Origin: Candidatus Omnitrophota bacterium
Lineage (GTDB): Bacteria; Omnitrophota; Gorgyraeia; Zapsychrales; Fredricksoniimonadaceae
DNA length: 60,221 nucleotides
Reading direction: 5' to 3'
Assembly: GCA_903860135.1 (NCBI GenBank)
Contig: CAIOPG010000012.1
Coordinates: 1-60,221, forward strand
The notes beneath the pieces were generated by a model that was not told where the DNA came from, ran no database searches, and saw only the letters and a program-made list of their open reading frames with translations. Numbering within the stretch: the first letter of the stretch is position 1; each line of letters opens with the position of its first letter. This document shows positions 54,887 through 60,221 of the stretch, one piece after another. Position numbers and translations under genes: made by a program.

Positions 54887-57517
54887 ATGCCGATAGAGAA
54901 AATCATCAAACGTAATGGGGACATTGTCGACTTTGACACCGAGCGCATTGCGCAAGCTGTAACGCGCGCGGTTCAGGCCACACAGGCGCAGTCCGCCCCG
55001 GGGACTGTGATTGACCTCAAATTTATCCCTACCCTTGTCGTCGACGTCAGGCAAGCGCTTGAAACTGAATTTGCCCATAGCGTACGTGTGCCCAGCATTG
55101 AGCACATCCAGGATATTGTCGAACACAAACTGGTCGAGGCCGGACAGTTCGAGGTGGCCAAGGCCTATATTCTGTACCGGGCCGCGCATGCCCGTCAGCG
55201 CGCCGAACGCCGTATTGAAGAATTGGCCAAGATCGAACGAGGCCTGCTCAAGGTCATCAAGCATACCGGCACGATCGAAGTATTCCGGGTGGAAAAGATC
55301 CGCGCCGCGTTTACCCGCGCTGCCAACGGATTCGAAGCCGCGTGCCCGTTTGAAGCGCTGTATGAACGGCTCAAGCTCATGGTCGTCGACCAGATGACAA
55401 CGGCGCAGATCATGAAGAATATGCGCAAGGTGTGCCTGGATCTTGTGACAGTCCAGAATATCCACTGGCAGAATATCGCCGGGCGCTTGTATATCATGGA
55501 CTTGTATAAACAGGCGTCGCGCAACCGCTCTATTCCCATCAGTGCGGTGTATTCACCCCAGGCATTCCGCGACCATGTCAGTCATTACATCAAGATCGGG
55601 CGTTACACCGCTGATTTTGAGAAATATTACACCGCGGAAGACATCCTCGCCGCAGGCCGCGCGCTCGACCAGGAACGGGACTTTACCTATATTTATTCGA
55701 CGGTACTGGCTTTTGACCGCCGTTACCTGCTCAATCCCAACAAGAATGTGCACGAATTGCCGCAGGAAATGTACATGACCATCGCGCTGTTCCTGGCGAT
55801 CCCTGAACCTGAAGCCCGGCGGCTTGAGATTGCCCTGAAGATCTATGCGGTCATCGCTTCCCAAAAACTGTCCCTGCCGACACCGACACTGCTCAACGCG
55901 CGCACGAATTTTCATCAGCTTTCCAGCTGTTTCAAATTGAATGTCAACGACGATCTCCGGGCTATTTATCATGCGCTTGAGAACATGGCGCAGATCTCGA
56001 AATTTGGCGGCGGGGTAGGGGTTTATCTGGGGCATATCCGTTCCAAGGGGGCCGCGATCCGGGGGCTCAACGGGTCTTCGGGCGGGGTTATCCCGTGGGT
56101 GCGCCTCATCAATAATACAGCGGCGGCGGTCAATCAGCTGGGCGCGCGGCTGGGGGCCATTTCCCCGACGCTGGACATCTGGCATCGCGATATCCTTGAT
56201 TTCCTGAACCTGCAGGTGGAGACCGGGGATATCCGCAGTAAGGCTTTCGATATTTTTCCGGCCATTGCTGTGCCTGACATTTTTATGCGCCGGGTCAAGG
56301 CGAACCAGGACTGGACCCTTTTTGATCCGCACGAGATATTTAAACACAAGGGCGTCCGCCTGGAAGACAGCTACGGCACGGCCTTTGATACACTGTACGA
56401 AGCTTGCGAGAAAGACCCCTCGATCAAGATACGCCTGAGCATGCCGGCCAAAGACCTGATGAAACGCTTCCTCAAGACGGTCGTTGAAACAGGTATGCCG
56501 TATGTGTTCTTCCGTGACACCGTCAATGAACAGAATCCCAACAAGCACGCCGGACGGGTGTATTCTTCCCAGCTTTGCACCGAGATCTGCCAGAATACTT
56601 CTGACAGCACCTTCGCGGGGGAGAAAGGCACCGGGGATCGTATTACCCTGGAATATATCCCCGGAGACACCGTTGTCTGCAACCTAGCGTCGATCAACAT
56701 GGCCAAAGTCCACACGGATGCCGAGATCAAAGAGATTTTCCCGATCGCCCTGCGCGTGCTCGATAATGTGATCACCCTGAATTTCTATCCGATCAAGGAA
56801 TCTGAACTGACGGCGAAGCGTTACCGCAGTGTCGGGCTGGGTTTTATGGGGCTGGCGGAATACCTGGCCTGCAACGGGCATACGTATGGCTCGGCTGAAG
56901 CGCGGGCACACGTCGACGGGCTTTTTGAGAAATATGCCTATGCCACCCTTGAGGCGTCCAATGCGCTGGCCCTGGAGCGCGGGGCGTATGAACTTTTTGA
57001 GGGCAGTGAATGGTCGAAGGGGATCCTTTTCGGCCATGACGCCGCCTGGTTCCGCGACAATTCCAAAGATTCAGCCCGCTGGTTGAACCTTATAGAAACC
57101 ATCAAGAAGACCGGTTTGCGTTTTGCCTATCATCTGGCACCGGCACCGAACACATCGACCGCATCTGTCGCCGGGACAACGGCGGGGCTTCTGCCGATCT
57201 ACAAGAAATTCTTTGTGGAGACCAATGTCATTGCGCCGGTGGTCACGGTGGCGCCAAATTTGTCGACCAGGAATTTCTGGTATTATACGGAATATGTCCA
57301 TATGGACATGAACGATGTCATCGAGATGATCGCGACGATTTATAAATGGATCGACCAGTCGATCTCTTTTGAATGGCTCATAAACCCGGCCAAAACATCG
57401 CCTGCCGAGCTTTATGCCTATTACATCAAGGCCTGGGAGATGAAGATCAAGACGGTCTATTACCTGCGCAGCATGAGCGGCGAGATCAAGGAAGATTGCG
57501 CCAGCTGCAGCGGTTGA
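54887..57517 (+). CDS. nrdA: class I ribonucleoside-diphosphate reductase alpha subunit with two N-terminal ATP-cone-like segments
   Basis: IIKRNGDIVDFDTERI (ATP-cone 1), VIKHTGTIEVFRVEKI (second cone-like), catalytic SQLCTEI and NLASIN, and a C-terminal CASC redox pair. Confidence 0.9.
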   Translation: MPIEKIIKRNGDIVDFDTERIAQAVTRAVQATQAQSAPGTVIDLKFIPTLVVDVRQALETEFAHSVRVPSIEHIQDIVEHKLVEAGQFEVAKAYILYRAAHARQRAERRIEELAKIERGLLKVIKHTGTIEVFRVEKIRAAFTRAANGFEAACPFEALYERLKLMVVDQMTTAQIMKNMRKVCLDLVTVQNIHWQNIAGRLYIMDLYKQASRNRSIPISAVYSPQAFRDHVSHYIKIGRYTADFEKYYTAEDILAAGRALDQERDFTYIYSTVLAFDRRYLLNPNKNVHELPQEMYMTIALFLAIPEPEARRLEIALKIYAVIASQKLSLPTPTLLNARTNFHQLSSCFKLNVNDDLRAIYHALENMAQISKFGGGVGVYLGHIRSKGAAIRGLNGSSGGVIPWVRLINNTAAAVNQLGARLGAISPTLDIWHRDILDFLNLQVETGDIRSKAFDIFPAIAVPDIFMRRVKANQDWTLFDPHEIFKHKGVRLEDSYGTAFDTLYEACEKDPSIKIRLSMPAKDLMKRFLKTVVETGMPYVFFRDTVNEQNPNKHAGRVYSSQLCTEICQNTSDSTFAGEKGTGDRITLEYIPGDTVVCNLASINMAKVHTDAEIKEIFPIALRVLDNVITLNFYPIKESELTAKRYRSVGLGFMGLAEYLACNGHTYGSAEARAHVDGLFEKYAYATLEASNALALERGAYELFEGSEWSKGILFGHDAAWFRDNSKDSARWLNLIETIKKTGLRFAYHLAPAPNTSTASVAGTTAGLLPIYKKFFVETNVIAPVVTVAPNLSTRNFWYYTEYVHMDMNDVIEMIATIYKWIDQSISFEWLINPAKTSPAELYAYYIKAWEMKIKTVYYLRSMSGEIKEDCASCSG

Positions 57518-57548
57518 ATCACATGTTGCCTATAAAGGACAGCGCGTT

Positions 57549-58577
57549 ATGAAAAAAAATCTGATCTTTAATCCCGACGGGAATGATACCCTTGAAGCCC
57601 GTGCGATCATCAAGGGGAATACGACGGGGCTTTTTAATCTCAACACGGTCCGTTACCCGTGGGCTAAAGCCATGTATCAATTGATGATCGGCAATTTCTG
57701 GGTGCCCGAGAAGGTGGGCGGTCTCGGCGAAGATGCCATCATGTACCGCAGTTTGTCGGCGCATGAACAGCGCGCGTACCGGGGGATGCTTTCGTTCTTG
57801 ATCTTTCTCGACAGTATCCAGACGGTGAACTTGCCGAACTTTTCCAATTACATCACCTCGCCCGAAGTGAACCTGCTCCTGTCGATCCAGTCCTACCAGG
57901 AGGCGATCCATTCGCAGAGCTATGCCACGATCCTGGAAACAGTCGTCGAGGCACGCGAACGCGACGAGATCTATTATTTCTGGCAGATCGATGAGGTCCT
58001 TAAGAAACGCAATGAATATATCGGAGAGATCTATCAGGCCTTTCAGGATGATCCGAGCGAAAAGAATTTTTTCCGCGCCCTGATCGGCAATTTCCTGCTC
58101 GAAAGCCTTTATTTCTACAATGGGTTTGCCTTTTTTGATAATCTTGTTTATGCCTCCAAGATGACCGCGACTGGCCGCATGATCAGCTATATCCGCCGCG
58201 ATGAACTGACGCATGTTGTCCTTTTCACCAATATCATCAAAGAGATCCGCCGTGAATTCCCGCATATCTATGATGAAAAAGTTGTCGTCGCCATGTTCAA
58301 GGTCGCCGTCGACCAGGAGATCATCTGGTCAGACCATATCATCGGCGACGGCATCCCCGGGATCACGAAGAAGACAACCAGCCTTTACACCCAATGGCTC
58401 GCCAATGCCCGTCTGGAAATGTTCGGCATCGCCCCTCTTTTCCCCGAGGCCACGATCAACCCGTACAAGCACCTGGAAAGCATGGCCGATAACAACAGCG
58501 AGAAAACGAATTTCTTCGAATCCACCGTCACCAATTACACCCAGTCCAGCTCCATGAACGGATCGTGGGATTTTTGA
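57549..58577 (+). CDS. nrdB: class I ribonucleotide reductase beta subunit
   Basis: Di-metal/radical-site motifs FLDSIQ, QEAIHSQSY (Tyr retained), ESLYFYNGF, and RDELTH. C-terminal acidic/aromatic tail ...GSWDF. Confidence 0.9.
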   Translation: MKKNLIFNPDGNDTLEARAIIKGNTTGLFNLNTVRYPWAKAMYQLMIGNFWVPEKVGGLGEDAIMYRSLSAHEQRAYRGMLSFLIFLDSIQTVNLPNFSNYITSPEVNLLLSIQSYQEAIHSQSYATILETVVEARERDEIYYFWQIDEVLKKRNEYIGEIYQAFQDDPSEKNFFRALIGNFLLESLYFYNGFAFFDNLVYASKMTATGRMISYIRRDELTHVVLFTNIIKEIRREFPHIYDEKVVVAMFKVAVDQEIIWSDHIIGDGIPGITKKTTSLYTQWLANARLEMFGIAPLFPEATINPYKHLESMADNNSEKTNFFESTVTNYTQSSSMNGSWDF

Positions 58578-58601
58578 TTTATATTTTAAATATTCTTTAT
58601 T

Positions 58602-58898
58602 ATGATTAAAGATAAACGCACCTATAAAGATCGTAAAGAATATTTGATCAAGGCCGTTTATGCCCGACGTAAGAAAGTCCGTGAAATGGCAATCTTATAT
58701 AAGGGAGGGAAATGTGAGAAGTGTGGATATAATCGTTGTATTGACGCATTGGAATTTCATCATATAGACCCTACACAGAAAGATTTTAATATTTCCAGCA
58801 AAGGATATACTCGTAGTTGGGAGCGAGTTAAGCTTGAACTTGATAAATGTACCATCCTATGTGCTAATTGTCATAGGGAAACGCATGTTAAAAGTTAA
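58602..58898 (+). CDS. small free-standing HNH endonuclease
   Basis: CEKCGY...LEFHHIDP..K...CANCHRETH (HNH with flanking Cys pairs). GC is visibly lower: hand counts give 33-40% in two 60-nt lines, against 57% in a neighbouring nrdB line. Confidence 0.8.
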   Translation: MIKDKRTYKDRKEYLIKAVYARRKKVREMAILYKGGKCEKCGYNRCIDALEFHHIDPTQKDFNISSKGYTRSWERVKLELDKCTILCANCHRETHVKS

Positions 58899-58936
58899 TA
58901 GCCTGAAATTCTTTCGAAATTCTTTCTTTCTGTTTG

Positions 58937-58964
58937 TTGACAAGATTGAGAATATCAGTATAAT
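58937..58964 (+). promoter_or_regulatory. consensus sigma70-type promoter upstream of tRNA-Asn
   Basis: TTGACA (58937-58942), 16-nt spacer, TATAAT (58959-58964). The tRNA 5' end is 50 nt downstream. Confidence 0.6.
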
Positions 58965-59013
58965 TCATAAGCTTTTATCATCCCGTAAGGGATTTGTTCT
59001 TTAAGAAATTTAT

Positions 59014-59401
59014 TCCCCTGTAGCTCAGTTGGTAGAGCATGTGGCTGTTCACGAGTTCCGACGAATGTCGGAACGAGTGTCCTGAGAAATATTGGCGAAA
59101 GCGAATATCTCAGAAGGTGATTAATATAAGCAATCACCCTAAAGACACTTTAGTTAGCAGCCTCTGGCAGAAATGCCGGAGTGAAAAGCGGGCTAAGTCA
59201 GGAAAAGCCAGAAAATATTTCTGGTCAATCCTGAGCTAGCATCCATCACCGAAAGGTCATGGAGGGCAAGTGCAGAGACTTTACACCCGCCGCCTAAAAT
59301 CAAAACATTTGATCATGGCGAAGAGAAAGTCCGACTCTCCGAGTAATCGGAGTCAGAAAGTAACCACAGTGTCCGAGGTTCGAGCCCTCGCGGGGGAGCC
59401 A
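59014..59401 (+). tRNA. tRNA-Asn (anticodon GUU) interrupted in the anticodon loop by a group I intron
   Basis: Exon 1 (59014-59048): TCCCCTG TA GCTC AGTTGGTA GAGC A TGTGG CTGT. Exon 2 (59361-59401): TAA CCACA GTGTC CGAGG TTCGAGC CCTCG CGGGGGA G CCA. Joined, they form a canonical cloverleaf with anticodon GTT. Confidence 0.8.
59049..59360 (+). ncRNA. group I (IC3-like) self-splicing intron
   Basis: The 5' exon ends in U and the intron ends in G. There are multiple capped hairpins (59055-59074, 59082-59113, 59116-59138). Core-like strings ATCCTGAGCTAGC (59228-59240) and GTGCAGAGACT (59270-59280) resemble, from memory, the cyanobacterial tRNA-Leu and Azoarcus tRNA-Ile intron cores. Boundaries are +/-1 nt because of the T ambiguity. 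Confidence 0.7.
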
Positions 59402-59926
59402 ATGTGGACGGTTGGGCGAAATCCCACCGTTCCCGTTTAACGCCTCGTCGGAAGCAATTCCGGCGGGGCGTTTTTCGTTTATAGGCACCGCTTCGTTGAG
59501 GGCTTCCTTGACGTGCGGTGGTATCGTGTCGGCGATGTATTGGTCGACAAACATGTTGATCTGGAGTTTGTCGTCAAATATCGCGATGTCTTTGATAAGG
59601 GCGCGTATAAGGCCTTTCTGGGCGTCTGGCGGTGCCTTATCGATGTGTTCCATGGCGAAGCGCAGGTTCTGGTGCAGGAATTCACCGGAGTGCGCGGTTA
59701 TTTGAGTTGCTGATTTTTCTGCCTGTAATTTCCCCAGTTTATCTTCCAGCCTTGTTATCTCGGTTTCCAATTCAGTCATTTTTGTTTTATAGGTCACGCC
59801 TTCGGATATTCCTTTGGTGATGGCGAGGTCGATGAGGTTTTGTGCCTGTTTGCGGAATTCCTGCAGGCGGTTTTCAACCAAGGTGATCTGTTCTTCGATC
59901 TGCTTAAGGAGAGCGTTTGATTCGAA
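59402..59926 (-). pseudogene. 3' remnant of a large serine recombinase gene (coiled-coil and C-terminal region only)
   Basis: The minus-strand frame reads ...NALLKQIEEQITLVENRLQEFRKQAQNLIDLA...ELETEITRLEDKLGKLQAE...APPDAQKGLIRALIKDIAIFDDKLQINMFV. This matches the coiled-coil plus 'ekr.llr.li.kI.v.dd.i.I' tail of large serine recombinases. There is no catalytic N-terminal domain: the frame runs upstream straight into the tandem repeats and downstream into tRNA exon 2 without a stop. Confidence 0.45.
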
Positions 59927-60035
59927 AATATTAGTGTCAAAAATATTAGTGTCAAAAAAATATTAGTGTCAAAAATATTAGTGTCAAAAAATATTAGTGT
60001 CAAAAAATATTAGTGTCAAAAAAATATTAGTGTCA
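59926..60035. repeat. tandem array of seven 15-17-bp units with core ATATTAGTGTCA plus an A-run
   Basis: Core copies start at 59928, 59943, 59960, 59975, 59991, 60007 and 60024. Only the length of the A-run spacer varies. Confidence 0.9.
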
Positions 60036-60141
60036 GGTCTCCCGAAAGTCATATGTAACAATAGCTTAAGTCTTAATCCTAAAAATATTAGTGTCAGGTC
60101 TCCCGAAAGTCATATGTAACAATAGCTTAAGTCTTAATCCT
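60024..60141. repeat. two identical 57-bp direct repeats separated by AAAA, each beginning with the short-repeat core
   Basis: ATATTAGTGTCAGGTCTCCCGAAAGTCATATGTAACAATAGCTTAAGTCTTAATCCT occurs at 60024-60080 and again at 60085-60141. Confidence 0.9.
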
Positions 60142-60221
60142 TATTGATGATGTTCCGTAATAGACTTTGCGAAATAGGGTGCGGTATTTTTTTGTTGCGT
60201 CGAATTTGTGGGTAATATAAG

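Noticed and set aside
55553-58265. Long minus-strand ORFs (55553..56548, 331 aa; 57519..58265, 248 aa) opposite nrdA and nrdB.
   Set aside because: Antisense shadows of strongly supported RNR genes. Their composition is typical of reverse-frame translation of GC-biased codons.
59039-59239. A 66-aa ORF (and other short ORFs at 59412-59820), considered as a possible intron-encoded homing endonuclease.
   Set aside because: It starts inside tRNA exon 1 and lacks LAGLIDADG, GIY-YIG, HNH and His-Cys motifs. The 312-nt intron is too small to host a homing endonuclease gene.
59794-60003. A 69-aa minus-strand ORF (MTLIFFDTNIFDTNIF...).
   Set aside because: It is simply the translation of the tandem repeat array, so it is an artefact.
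59926-60141. The tandem repeats, considered as a CRISPR array.
   Set aside because: The units are contiguous 15-17-bp repeats with only A-run variation. There are no unique spacers, the repeat length is far below CRISPR repeats, and no cas genes are in the window.

Overview
This 60.2-kb window is almost entirely co-directional on the + strand and tightly packed, with many ATGA/TGATG start-stop overlaps. It comes from an LPS-making (diderm) bacterium that I cannot place taxonomically from sequence alone.

Gene order:
(1) aroK 3' fragment, dprA, topA, xerC/D-like recombinase.
(2) A lipid A/core block: waaA, lpxK, an LpxL-ELM1 fusion, a GT4-GT9 fusion, a GT4, then four more GT9 heptosyltransferase-like genes.
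(3) A secreted-protein locus at 16.2-23.1 kb. It reads like a divergent chaperone-usher-type surface-fibre system but has a non-PapC outer-membrane component. This is my top candidate for an undescribed system.
(4) A lower-GC envelope-glycosylation island at 23.3-39.9 kb. It holds three GT-C membrane glycosyltransferase candidates, two polyprenyl-phosphate-sugar synthase-like GT2s, a GT4, three B12-binding radical SAM paralogues, a SPASM radical SAM and a Trm112-fused methyltransferase. tRNA-Gly and gpsA interrupt it.
(5) tRNA-Pro, PilZ, then hom-thrC-coaB-(ApgM-like proposed homoserine kinase)-lysC-cimA-valS.
(6) tex, dnaX, recR, nrdA, nrdB.
(7) A low-GC HNH gene, a tRNA-Asn(GUU) split by a ~312-nt group I intron, a truncated large serine recombinase remnant abutting the tRNA 3' end, and an unusual nested tandem-repeat array at the window edge.

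All product calls rest on motifs I recognise by eye in the supplied translations. No database search was run. Start codons are best guesses. Most long minus-strand ORFs in the track are antisense shadows of + strand genes.
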